Source of the DNA: Gordius albopunctatus
Taxonomy: Eukaryota
Assembly: GCA_964276515.1 (NCBI GenBank)
Contig: OZ193910.1
Location: 868,001 to 932,000 of the forward strand
DNA length: 64,000 nt
Direction: 5' to 3'
The position numbers were made by a program, and so were the translations under genes. A model generated the notes under the pieces. It was not told the origin of the DNA, made no database searches, and saw only the letters and a list, made by a program, of their open reading frames with translations. Below are positions 35,835-49,014 of this stretch, one piece after another. Every line of letters begins with the position of its first letter. Positions within the stretch are counted from its first letter, which is position 1.

Positions 35835-38034
35835 TATAAGTGTTTTTATAACTTTCTAAAATATCGAAATTGGTGTACCTTTGAAAAAAATGTCCATTAT
35901 ATACCACCTTTTTTTGATTTAATTTATTTTGAATATAACGCATCCAGCATATTTATACCAAGGACTTTTAAAAGCGCGAAGCCTTTACCATTTTCCTTGA
36001 ACTGGCTAAATTTGGTTAAAGGGTGCATTTACATAAATAACTATTTTATTGGAACTTAGTAACAAGCTTAATCAGTGATTTCGATGTAACCTTGAGATTT
36101 TTGTAAATACACTAATTTCCAGCTAATTTTCAACTTTTTCTACAATTTTGATATGAGTAAAGCCAAGTCTATTTCAAGAATAATAACAAGAAATGTTAAA
36201 AACAGTTTTTCTATTTGCATAAGTATTTAGGTATAATTATTTTTTAATATTTTTTTCTATGTGTAAAACTTTTATTATTTATTTAATTCTATCTTTATCT
36301 GTACGAGATAAATTTTCTAATAAAGGTGAACGATAATATCTGAAAAATGTAAAAGAATAAAAACGGAATTTTAAAACTACAAACTTTTTTGCACATATAA
36401 GTAGAGCAAAATGGAATTTCTTCGGCATGAGCCTGACACTTTTTATTTTGCTAGACTCGAGTGCAAATTTTTTTTACTAAGGCCCTACCACACCCCAACT
36501 TTTTGAAATGTAAATTTATTTTTAAAAAAAACTTTTTCAGAATACCCACTAAAAATATTTTATCTCTAAATTTTTTAATTTAATGTTAAAATGCTTTTAT
36601 TAGGTAAAATTGATACATGAAATATACAATAAACGTGCATAAAATAATATTATAAATAAAAAATTATTCATCAGATTCATCAAAATAGCTTACTCAATAA
36701 AGGAATCAGTTACAAGTTTTAAAAAATCTTTTAGCTAGATTTTGAATTGGGCCTTGGTGAGCCGGCCCAAGATGGCCAGTGCAGCACATATAGGTAAAAC
36801 CATTTTATTTGTAAAAATGAGTTTTACTTTGTGGTCAGCACAGTGGCGTAAATATATTTTAGATCTAAAGTTTATATTTTATAGTTGTGCAGCGTAACTG
36901 ACCAAATTAATTATTTATAATGACTTTCTTTATGTTTTATACCAGATTTTATAATTTTGATGTTGAAATAAAAATGTTAGAATTTTTTTTGGGAAATCCC
37001 CCTCCCCTCGCCGGGAGAAAATCCTGGCTAGGCACCTGGGTCAGCATCATGTATTTCTCTTTGTCTACATGCTTTTACACTAAGTTTATTCCTGTTTGTG
37101 TTCATATCAAGTTTACCTGCATATCAGGTCAGTTTGACCTATCTTTTGCTTACCCTGGACTTGCACATTCTTTATAAGTTGTGCCAAGTAACTATCTGAC
37201 CTAAAAAGGTTTAATTACTAATCTTTAAAAAGAATAACCTTCAAAAAATTCACAATAAATGAGGGAATGCTAAATATTAGTTGATTAAAAAATTATAGAG
37301 TCTTGGAGTTATCTGAAGAAATTTTTAATTAACACAACTTATGAAGGCATAAATTTGACAAAGCTTTCAATGACTCATTTGCTTAGGACAACTCAATTGA
37401 ACATTTAAATATGTATATTCAAAGTTAAGAGCAAGAAAATAAACTTATGTCTGCCAGACATGATTAGATGTTTTAAAGCAAATGAGTTAAATAGCCAATT
37501 ATCACACAAAAGTTGGGGGGGGGGGTTAAAAGTATTTTAAATGAGTATGGGCAGAGTGAGGGCTTTCTAAATTGGCCCATTGCAGATCTTTCAATACACA
37601 TTTCACTCTGGCATAACTATGAGTTTAGAATCTGTTTTAGAGAATTGTATTAATTTAGATGCACTATATAAAAAAAAGTTAATTGAAAAATAATTTGAAC
37701 AATTATTTGCCAGTATCAATCAAAATTATAATTAAAAATATATTACAATATATTTGACAAATTGTATTATAGATAATGTTAAAGCTTAATCAATTTATAG
37801 CCAATTATGCCAACATCCAAATTAATTAAATTTAATTGCAAATAGATAAAGTTGATTAAAAATGAGCCTCTAGCAATTTAGTAACTTTAATTTTTATCTT
37901 TTACCTTCCCATATTATAAAATTACTCATATAATATAGTTTCTACAAAGCAAAAATTATTTCAACACCAAGCTGCTTGACGGCACACTAATTTGACCCGA
38001 AGGGCATTTTAACGGTTGCCCCAAAACGCTAATT

Positions 38035-41000
38035 ATGGTCCATAGTCAGGTGATATCGCAGAATGCCCGCACTTTATTACAATCGCCTTCACTTATATCG
38101 CACGGTGATTTATATATAGGAGGATTAGTTGAAGCTTACTACACACAAACCGGACCCTATAGATTATGCATGCATAGCTACAATGAATACAAATTGGCTG
38201 TCGCCTTTGCAATGGTTTATGCCATAAATGTCATAAATTCCAATCCTAATACCCTTTATAATATAACTCTTGGGTACAATATAAAACCTGTGTGCAAGAG
38301 TCAAATTGTTACCTTGGTATAATATATTTTATTTCATATCCAACTTAATTATTAAAAATATAAAGAATTACTATACGACGACTTGAAATTAAATTTTTAA
38401 TATGTTGAGCGTATTTTTAAATCTAACAACTTTGCCTAGTTGAGTTATTTTAGAATGACACAGATTATGTTTAAATTAAAATCAATATAAAGTATAAATT
38501 AGATATTCAAATATTAGTAAATAATTTAATTCTAGACAATTAATATATTAATTATGCTAATGAAACGCACCTTTTACAAATACAGATGCAAACGATATAT
38601 ATGATGAAACTCAATAGGGTTGAACCAATTTTAGCGATTATAGGGCCATCATCAAGTATGCAGGCAGCAACGGTAGCTCCTTATTTAAAATATTACAAGA
38701 TGCCTCTTATTAGTCCTACTATTAATGGAGATCATCTGGCTGAGGAAAAAGTGTAAAAATAATTGAAATATAAAATAATCAAACGTCTTTTTATTTTTAA
38801 ATTAAAATAATGAAATTAAAATTATTATGATAATACATTATAACCAGCCACTTTATATAGATAAAAGTTAAATTTTGCATGTGTAATTTACAGTCTATTG
38901 TATTTAAATTACATTAATACGAGAAAGAATTATCCAATTTAAATCGTGATCAGTATGTTCCTAAAGAATTTATAGCATGTTTATTACACGTAGTTTCTAG
39001 TTCTGGGGTACTACTCCTCTTACAAAACTGTCCATACTCCATATAAACGTAACATATTCTACACAATTTAAAGGAGGAGGGTCGTGAAGGGGAAGAATAG
39101 GTAACTTCAAACTCGAGCCCGCTCGTTGTTAATAGCGTAACTGGCTAAGGCTATTCTCGTGAACGGAAAAATCCGGACGATATGCGCGAGTTCTGCGGGG
39201 GGAGGGGAATGGTCGTGTAGTAGCACTCTAGCCTAAATTTGGGCATCCACACTAACAAATAGCACAAATTCAAAAAATTTCACAAACAATTAAGGGTCAA
39301 TCTCATAAAAAGAACAAAAATTATTGGTATTTGGCCTGGGTCAAACAAACTAATTGTGGGCCGAGTTTAAATATTTAATGAAAATAAGCAACAAAATTAA
39401 AGAATTAATAAAAGGGGTTTTTGGAACTCGGGCCAGGGGACAAATTAGAACTAAGCAATCGTCATCACCAATTTTTTGGGAATTAATTAACCAGTTTTGC
39501 AATTGTATGTTAAAGTATCAAGCTTGGCAATTTTCCAAATAAAAATTTTTATATCAAAAATATTCAGTCGGGACACATTAAAAATAAAAAAGGGCTCGAG
39601 CGAGGTCGGAAAAATTAAAGCCCACCAGCGGTCATTAGCTAATCTTTTTTTCGATAGCAAAAAGGTTTTTTCTGAAGCATAAATTTCCATAGGAATTAAA
39701 AAATAATAGAAGTCGGACAAGACAGGACGGAAAGCAATTAATATCTTCTATTTATAACTTTACCAATTCATTTTTAATTTACCAAATCAAATAGGAGTTT
39801 ATTTTTTTAAAGGGGGGGGGGGGGGATTTAAAATATTCTTAATCTAAGATTCCTAAATTTTACTAAACTTTTATTATTGTTTATTTATTATATTTATAAA
39901 GCAACTTAATGTTGATTTTTCTTATATAGCTACAGTTATTTGTACAAACTTTTAAATCCTCAACACATCTATGCAAAGGCTGTTGCATCTATGTTTCAAC
40001 ACTTTCAATGGAACTTGTATGCCTTTGTATACAATACTTTTGAATTTTATACATCATACAAAAAAGAAATTATTTACGAGCTAAATAAACTAGGCGCCTG
40101 CTTATTTATGGAAGTTAATTTAGAATACAATTATTTGGAATCTACAATACCTAACACTTTTAAGTTAGAAATACAAGGACTCATCAACGCTTCAATCTCC
40201 ATGCAGCAAACACCTCTGGTCACTATACTATTGATGTCCTCAAACACCATTATCAAAACATTAAAAGTAATCCAAAACATTACGTTGGAACATAACCTCT
40301 TATTTATGAGTGTGGATGAATGGCCTAACCTAATTATGCTTGCAGAGGAAAATGTGTTGGAAGTAGCTGATGGTGCTATATATGTTTTGGAGAGATATGG
40401 GAGTATCAGCGAAGATTATTCTCATTGGCACATTGATACCACAACGGGCGTCCCCTGGTTTGATTTTTGGATAGAAAAAAGAACAAATCTTGGTAGCAAA
40501 TGGGAGAACACGTCAATAGGCACAACCTACGCCTCCGAAAGCAAGATGCACGTGACATTGACTATAATAGCATGTAATATGATAGCGGATGCCTTAAAAA
40601 AGATGATAAATGTTTTGTGCGCGAAAGATCAAAAAGGTATGGAATTGAAAAAAGCCCAAATTATTCAATGCGTTTTAAAAAACAAAGAAAATCACTTTAA
40701 TACATATTTCAAACGAACCTACGAAGAAATCATAGTAAATCCTAAAATAAATAGGTTGCGAATTAATAACTTGGTTAAAACAAGTGCAAATAATTACCTC
40801 GTAACGAATGTAGGAATTTATGACGTGAAAAGCGCTATGTTGACAGTATTGGAACCGTTTAAATGGCATAACAAGTTTTATAATGATTCAAAGTCCGCTG
40901 ATTTTTCAAAATGCTCATTTGCATGCGCGCCCTACCAATTCAAAATTACAACTAGTAATAGGTGTTGTTGGATATGCCTTTCATGCACACTTCGTCAAAT

Positions 41001-44000
41001 ACTAACCAATAACGTGCAGAATCCTTGCTATACGTGCCCTGCTCGAACGTGGCCTGTTGTTTGTCACAAAGACTACAATCCGTTTGACAGGAATACTGAA
41101 TATTGTAGATTTTTTAAAAATAATATAAATCAGCGAAGCGAAAAGTGTTCTCCCCTTCCCACTCGTAGTATAACGGAAATGAATTTTTGGCCAACTTTTA
41201 CAATGGTGTTTGCTACGTTCGGCATCTTTATAATGTGTATAACCCTGATGTTTTATGTCATTAACTATAATTATATTCAATTCCGAATCGAACTTAGATG
41301 TCTTTACCATTTCCAACTGGCTGGTATAGTGCTTGGATTTGCCTCAATCTTACTACTACTACTTAGTCGTTACGTGCTACAATGTAGACTGGCACAATAT
41401 CTTGCATTCTTTGCCTGCATCTCCATATGTACCTATCAATACATTAAACTATACAGCGTCTATCTCAGTTTGGATCCAAATAAAGCTAGACAAGGTCGGT
41501 CACTGGGAAGAGGGATGCACGAAAGCGCGCTAATAGCTTTTGTCATTATTACGGTAAATTTGGTTTAAACAAACACACATTTTTTTCATATAGATGTTTG
41601 TCACATTTAGTGGTCAGCTCCTTCAAGCAGGGGTTTGAACCCGCCCAAAATAAAATCGGGTTCGGGTTTAAGGAATTGGGTTCGGGTTCAAGAAATTATA
41701 TTATACTAATAATACATTTTTACCTTCAAAAAATTATTGAATAGTTAACTTAATTTTTAAATAGCACCTAATTAAATTCACATGCCAATTATTTCATCTC
41801 ATTTACATTAAATGTTAAAGTTCATATATTTAAAGTATTTTACAATTATTATATAAATTATAGTTTAAATATAATATATGAAAAAAAAGTTATCATTAGA
41901 TGTAGATTTAATTGAATATTTGCAAATTTTTATGGAGTTACTATTAACTTTTTAAAAATTTTTATTATAATTAAAAACCATACCATAACTAATATATATC
42001 AATTAATTATATATATAATACTTACAAATAATTCTTGAGATAATTAGTATTGATTAATGAATCAAAAATGCCGAAACATAAAAATATTGAAATAAAAATC
42101 ATATGGTTTTCGTTACATTGTCATGATAGAGAAAACTGAGATATTTAATTCACAATATATTTTTGAATTAAGAAGCCGAGACCGAACCCTTTTTTGAATT
42201 CATCGGGTTTGGGTTTTAAGGGTATTTTTAAAAATGGGTTCGAGTTTGGGTTCGGGTTCTGTAAAACATCGGGTTTTACCCGGTTTGGGTTCAGGGGTTC
42301 GGGTTTGCGACAAACCCCTGCCTTCAAGTAGGTTCTCCATGTATTCCTGAACTTACACCAGCTTCGCTTTAGCTCGTACCTTCTCAAGTCCATATTTATT
42401 TTATGCTTCCATGTCAGTTTAGGTCTCCCTCTCTTTCACTTACCTTCGACTTGCACTTTCTTGATACGATTTGTCAAGTGACTTTCCTCCCATCTCTCCA
42501 AATGGCCATACCATCTCAATCTTCTTACCATCAACTTTCTCTAAATTGGAACTACATTGAGTTTATCCCTTATGTCTTGATTCCTTATATGGTCCTTTTT
42601 GCTTATTCCCAAGATCCATCTTAACATTCGCATCTCCATTGTAGCCAAGCTTTGCTTCTCTTTTGCCCTAATTGCCCAGGTTTCCGCTCCATACAATACC
42701 GCGGGTACAATAACGGTGTTATATAACCGTCCTTACAATTTAAGTGGTATTTGCTTGTCACATAGGACACCACTCCACTCCCTGCATTTTAGCCAGCCTG
42801 CGTTTATTCTTGCCTTAATTTCGTTTTCCACACCTCCATCACATTGTACCCTAGAACCAAGATATTTGAATTCTTTCCTGCTGCTTAAACACCAGTCATC
42901 GATTTGCAGGTGTGTTTCTTTGTATTCATTCCCCGACTCCAAGCATACATATTCAGTTTTATCTCGGTTGACCCTAAGGCCTTTGCATTCAATTCGTTCC
43001 ATCCACACTTTTACCTGCTCTGCTAATTCCACGTTTGAGCCTGCGCACAGGACGATATCATCCGCAAAGAGCATTGCCCAGGGTGATTCGCGTTTCAGGT
43101 CCTTCGTTATCGAATCCATTATTGTTATGAAGAGCAATGGACTTAGGGCCGATCCTTGATGCACACCGACATTTAGACTGAATCCCTTTGATGTACCACT
43201 GGATGTCCGAACTTTGGTTTTTGCTCTTCTATACATATCCTTTATTAACATTATATAAGCGTCACACCATTGGAACTCAGGCTATCCCATATCAACTGCC
43301 TTGGCACTTTATCGAAAGCTTTCTCAAGATCGATGAAACGCATATGAAGATCCTTTTGTTTTTCCCTTATATAATTCCATAAGTCTCCTAAGACCATGTA
43401 TTGCATCTGAAGTTGACTTTCCAGGCATGAAACCAAATTGTCGTTCATCTATTGATATTATTTTTCGGAGTCTAGCTTCTATAACCTTTTCCCATACCTT
43501 TATGACGTGACTCGTTAACTTTATCCCTCGATAGTTGTTGCATTCTTGTACATCTCCCTTCAATTTATAGATAGGTATAACATAGCTTTCCCTCCACTCA
43601 TCAGGCATCATACCACTTGCAAGTATTTTGTTAAACAGCTTTGCAAGTAGATGTACAACTAAGGGTCCTAGCATTTTAAAAGCTTCCATAGGTATATTAT
43701 CAGGCCCCACCGCTCTACCAATGGTCATCTTTTTAAGCACCTGGTCAACCTCTTCCTCTGTCACTTCTAACTCTGGCTGATATTCATAGGTCTTGCTTTC
43801 GCAGTGGTCCGAAAACACATTTTCACTGTTTAATAATTCTTTATAGTATTCTTCCCAACGATCTATGATTTGATGGTCCAGAGTTAGACTGATGCTTTCC
43901 TTGCTCTTTATAGATTTCACGTTTACCAGATCCTTTGAGTTCCTTGCTCTGGTCTTTGCGATTTTGCAGATCATTCTTTCCCCTTCTTTACTGGTTAACT

Positions 44001-44790
44001 TGGCATTCAAATTTTCGTAGACCTCTATTTTAGCCTTGGCTACACAACTTTTGCCTCGTTTTTTATTATGGTTCCTTAGAGGGGTTCTCGTAAACAGGCA
44101 TTAAAATGAGTTCACCTTTAATTTATATATAATCATTTTAGTCTATTTTTTGTAATATAGAATCTTACAATGGTGGCTTGCATGTTTCTGATCAAATTTG
44201 ATTTGGTAAAAGAAGAAGTAATCATTGCACAGACTGATTCCCCCGTTTACTTAGCAACTCTCGATGGTTTCAATAAGGATCCTGCTGCAATACCCTTACA
44301 AAAATCGCTTGATTTAACATCAAAATCTAATTTATCCGATACACAAAGTTTGTTTTCAAATGAAAACACGTTAAAAGCATACAACTCTGACTTAATCACA
44401 TCAAATCCAATGGTGGGGTTTGTTAATGTATATTGCGATCAATTTATTAGAGCATCCAATATATACATTTATCAAATCCTAGTTGAATCGGCCATTATTA
44501 TAGTTTCCTTTTGCTACGCCTGTATTATATTGTCGCAAGCTGGTCATCTTAGTAACATTCCATTTCGAGAGGGTCAATTTCTTGTTGTTAATCAATTTAT
44601 TTTTACCTTTCTTTATTTTCTAGGCATTCTTCTATACGTTATTTTGCCATCTGTTTCAAGCATAATAGCTATAAGTGTGTGTTTTTTATTGTATCTGTAT
44701 TCACAATTGTTGTTAGTTAACATCTCTAAAATATACCTCATGTTCTATCACATGCAAATCGAAAGCGACCCCCAAGGTATTGACCGGTAA
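38035..44790 (+). CDS. Class C GPCR (mGluR/CaSR-like); exons 38035-38317, 38586-38752, 39930-41553, 44161-44790; 5' end uncertain
   Basis: GDLYIGGL, AMVYAINVINSNP..LYNITLGYNI, ILAIIGPSSS, MPLISP, cysteine-rich domain CCWICLSC, seven hydrophobic helices with FREGQF before TM6; splice phases consistent. Confidence 0.85.
41593..44060 (-). mobile_element. 5'-truncated, frameshifted RTE LINE in the last GPCR intron, antisense, interrupted by a MITE
   Basis: Fragments GPDNIP, NYRGIKL, QFGFMPG, FIDLEKAFD, HQGSALSP, LFADD, KYLGS spread over frames 44010-42599; 3' end continues past the MITE to ~41593. Confidence 0.9.
41628..42320. mobile_element. hAT-type MITE, TIR CAGGGGTTTG, 8-bp TSD CCTTCAAG, subterminal GGGTTC repeats
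   Basis: CAGGGGTTTG at 41628-41637, CAAACCCCTG at 42311-42320; CCTTCAAG at 41620-41627 and 42321-42328. Confidence 0.92.
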
Positions 44791-47700
44791 AGATGAAGCT
44801 TTTATAAGGCAAAAAACTATCTCGATAAACGTACTTCACATTGTTTATTTTTGTTGAACCTGATTCATTAAAAATTTATATATTAAAACACTTATATATA
44901 CAAGATTTCCAAGAAATGTAATTTTATTCATAAAGAAGATAAAGATGTTATTACAGAATATTATAAGTATCGAATAGACAACTTTTGTTTTACACATGTC
45001 TTTGTGTAATTATTCATAAATATATATTATATTCTTCTCCTAAATTGAGTGTAATTTCAGTCTTTCTAAATATATAACCCATAGCCCGTCAACTCGCCGC
45101 AAACAATCTTGCCGAATTCACCTGGGACATTTTGTGATTGGTTGAGTTGGGGACGATTTTAAATTAGGGGACCTTTTTTAAGCGGGGCACTGTAAATTCG
45201 GCGAGATGGTTTTCGGCGAGTTGATAGGGCACCAATTCTAGTCCACGCTATATTTATTGTTATAAAAAATGCATACGGTTTATGTGATCACACGTGTGCC
45301 GCCTATATTACCATAAAACTATTCTCTTCTCTTTTATTTTTTATTCAGACGCTTTTTTAATTGTTAATATTATTCAACTTTCTTACAAACTTGACTTTCA
45401 AATTTTTCGTTTATCTCTACCTTTAAAGGCATCGTTTAGCAATTAAGAGAATGTCTAGTTTATCCTATTATACTATTTTTATTTATGCTAAGCTCATAAA
45501 TTTATACTTTTGTATTTATATCTCCTTTCAATCATCTATTTTTTATATTAATCGATATTAAGTTGTGTTTTCAACGTTTCGCTAGATGATTTTTCTTTAA
45601 CTAAAAGATGTACTTTTTCAGTGTATACATATTATTTTACTAGACCATACTGTATAACGTGTTTCTGTTTACCCCTTATTTCAAATAGAAAATTATTTTA
45701 CAAATAATAATCAGATAAAACCAAATATAAACTTGCCCACTTATAAAAAATATTCACATCTTATATAATTTATCTGTCGTATATTATAAAACCAATAGAT
45801 CAATTAAAAACTCTTATCGTTACAAAGCTTCATTCGTTTACCGTTTTCTCATCATTTATTTGATAGAATAATAAATTCAGTCAGAGCTAACCTGGCCAAC
45901 TTATAAGTGTCATCGCATATTCATACCATAATTAATGCAAGATGTAATTTAAATGCATATATAAAAAATTACGTTTAAAAGATATACATATATGTGCGAC
46001 TTTAAATGGCGATTGTAAATAAAACGATCAATGCGAATCAAAGAAACTTAAGTAACAGTATTAAATTTTATATTTATAAATAAATTTAATTTATTAATAT
46101 TTTATTAATTATTGCAAGATTGCATCATTTGTCAGAGACACAACTCCTATTTATTAAAAAATGAATTTATATACCGATCCAGTCCAGATAATAACTCAAT
46201 AAAAGATCAAATGGTAACTTATGCATAAATAATGTCATGGGGGGGGGGGTGTATATTAGGATCTTTGTGGCCTTTAACTGTATATTAAACGAATATTATT
46301 CTTAGAAATAAAGTTGTCAAAATTAACGATTGCTTAAAATGACCTTCATATAAAAGAAACCTTCTTACGGCATTATATAATATTGCATTTTTCCAAGTAT
46401 ATAAATGGAGATATAAATTAAAATATATAAGATATGTGTATTTATAAAAAAACAAGCAAATTCGTTTTAAACATTTATTAATAATTTTACTTGCTAGCTC
46501 TAATCCTATATATATATATATAACTTTAAATAATAATAAAACTTTGAAAGACTTAACTCTTTAAAATATTAAAATTAAAGTTTAAACTATTGTATTCAAT
46601 CAACTTACCTTAACTCTATTGACTCCACATCCAGTCTCGTAGCTAGATGGCTAAGTAGGCTCAAGGCCAGGGCAGATGAGGCTAGGAGGGGGAAGGATGA
46701 GTGATTTCAAAGCTAACCCAGCACCAAAATCATGACCATCTAGGCCCACTCAGATCCTATAACCTCATGGACCCCCTCGGCTTTCTTCTAGCTAAGCTAC
46801 TGTCTACGTCGAATATTGTTGATATACATACCGATTCTTTTTAAACTTTATATTTTTATTAAAAATGTTCTTAGCCAAATTAGCATACCTTTCATGATGG
46901 CACTAAAATCAAAAATATAAGAGGAGAGTCATAAACGCGACTGATGCTATTATTTTAATCTATGTCGCTAGGACACTTTTACTTTCATTTAAGTATCCTT
47001 TCTAAAGAACTGTGAAACACTCAAATTAAGTGCTGTGGAAGTTATAGGTTAATCGAATCTAAAATCTAACGCCAATGATCAAACATATTAGCCAACTAAT
47101 ATTTATATTCTCTTTTATAAGCATAAAATTTATTTGGCAATTACTATACTACTATGTGCACTAGCATGAATACATCCTTATAATTGACAACTAAAAAGCA
47201 GCTATAAAAGATAAAATATTAATACAAGACTGATATGCCTATATTTATTTTTATATAATGTATAATATGGTTTAAAACAATTCAAGAAATCTTAGACCTT
47301 TATAACTACTATAAACGTTCAAATCATTTAGATGTAACATTTAATTATAAAGGACTTTAAGTATAAAATCATAAAACATAAAAAATTTCATATAATAAAT
47401 GCTTTAAAAAACATCAAATTTAATTTGTTAAAAGCCAATTTAGTAGCTTTACTAATGGAACCACTTTTATGCGTAGTGAAAGGGATGTGTTAATATGTGA
47501 AACATAGGTATACTAAAAATAACGCCATCATAACGCCGACAAAATATTTATGAAGTGAAGCCACTTAAAAGTAATTATTTCATCATGTTTAAGTTGTTAA
47601 AACTTATTTTAGACTATTACTGATATTAATTAACTTTTCCTTTTCAACACCGTTCATATATTGCCTAACATGGGAGTAGCCAGCATTGAAATTTCCATTT

Positions 47701-49014
47701 CAACAAATTTTTGGATTTAAAAGGGGGGGGGGGTAGCTGCCCTTCCCTGCCCCCTACACGCATTGCTACACGCATGGCTTAATGCATATACGAGTAAATA
47801 CTTTCTTTTATACTCTTTTGTCTTTTGAATATGCAATATAGTTGTTCGCCAACGCAGCATTAGAGTCAATTATATTTAATATGTAGTAAATATAAGTATA
47901 CAAGACATGTTTCAAATGATTTCATGATCGCTGTATATTTTTAAATTATATTAGTTTGGTATTAACCGTGACGTGCTAAGACATTATAGTATAAGATTAG
48001 TTATTGTAAAAAAATAATAACCCTTAAAAAACTCTAAATTTATTCACAAGATTGATATCAGCAAGTCGTTTGAAGTCAAAATTAAATTTACTAAAGGATT
48101 AGGAGCATGGGAGTAGGCAGGGGGGGAGGGGGAATGGATGGGCGGGGCTGCCCACCCCCTCTATATCCCCCAAAAATTTGTAGAAATTTATTAAAATTAT
48201 GGTTGCTAAAATTTTAAAAAATGATTATTTTGACCCTCTCCAAATGCTAGCTACGCCTAATGATTAAATTTAATATAGATTATTTAACATTCCGACCAAA
48301 TATTATGGAATTTAAATGTAGAAACCAAAAATAAAATGGTAATTATCGTATAAATAATTCATATAAAATTGCTAATTTTTTTCCCAAAATACGCCTTTAA
48401 AGACAAGCTAGGTCCTTTTTAGGATACTCTCAAGGATCAATAGTGCCGTATAATTTAGTAATAATAATTACATTAAAACTTTTCTCAATCAAATTTTATA
48501 TTCTCTGAAAACAAAAACAACAGCAATATTTTATTTTGATTATAGAATAGATTTTAAATCTTCGAAGTAAACCATCGTGGGTTTATTAAGAAATGTATTT
48601 GTGTTTTAAATACAAGCAATACCAACTTATTAAAATATAAAGCAAAGGAATTATTTGAAATTTTTCCAAAATAAAAGCAATTTTTATCGAAAACGAATTT
48701 AGAGGGATACATTTTTATAACGAAAATGGTATTTATGATTTACCTATTGTCCTTTTTTTTAATTTCGCGTTAAATATTAATGATAAATATTATAACGATT
48801 ATTTGGCTACCCTAACTTAACCATAATCGATTTCCGGTTTGTGTGGAAAGGGAGGGGAAAGGGGAGGGTGCGGGGGGGGGGAAGGACTATTGTTTATTAC
48901 ACTTAAATTGAATTATTTATTAGAAATTGGTTTTATTTGGTCCCTCAGCTTAATAGTCAAGCAAAAAAGCATTGACCAATTTTCGATAATTTATTTTTCC
49001 AACGATAATTATAA

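Noticed and set aside
38536..38605. Apparent frameshift in GPCR exon 2 at an (AT)n run
   Set aside because: Using the acceptor at 38585 gives an in-frame CKSQIVTLMQTIYMM that aligns with the mGluR CSRDTYALEQSLTFV segment; no frameshift is needed
42145..42393. ORF with PNPN/KPKP repeats
   Set aside because: Translation of the MITE's subterminal GGGTTC repeats
44800..48990. Hidden genes in the long AT-rich stretch
   Set aside because: Only MITE fragments and low-complexity DNA; no consistent exon chain found
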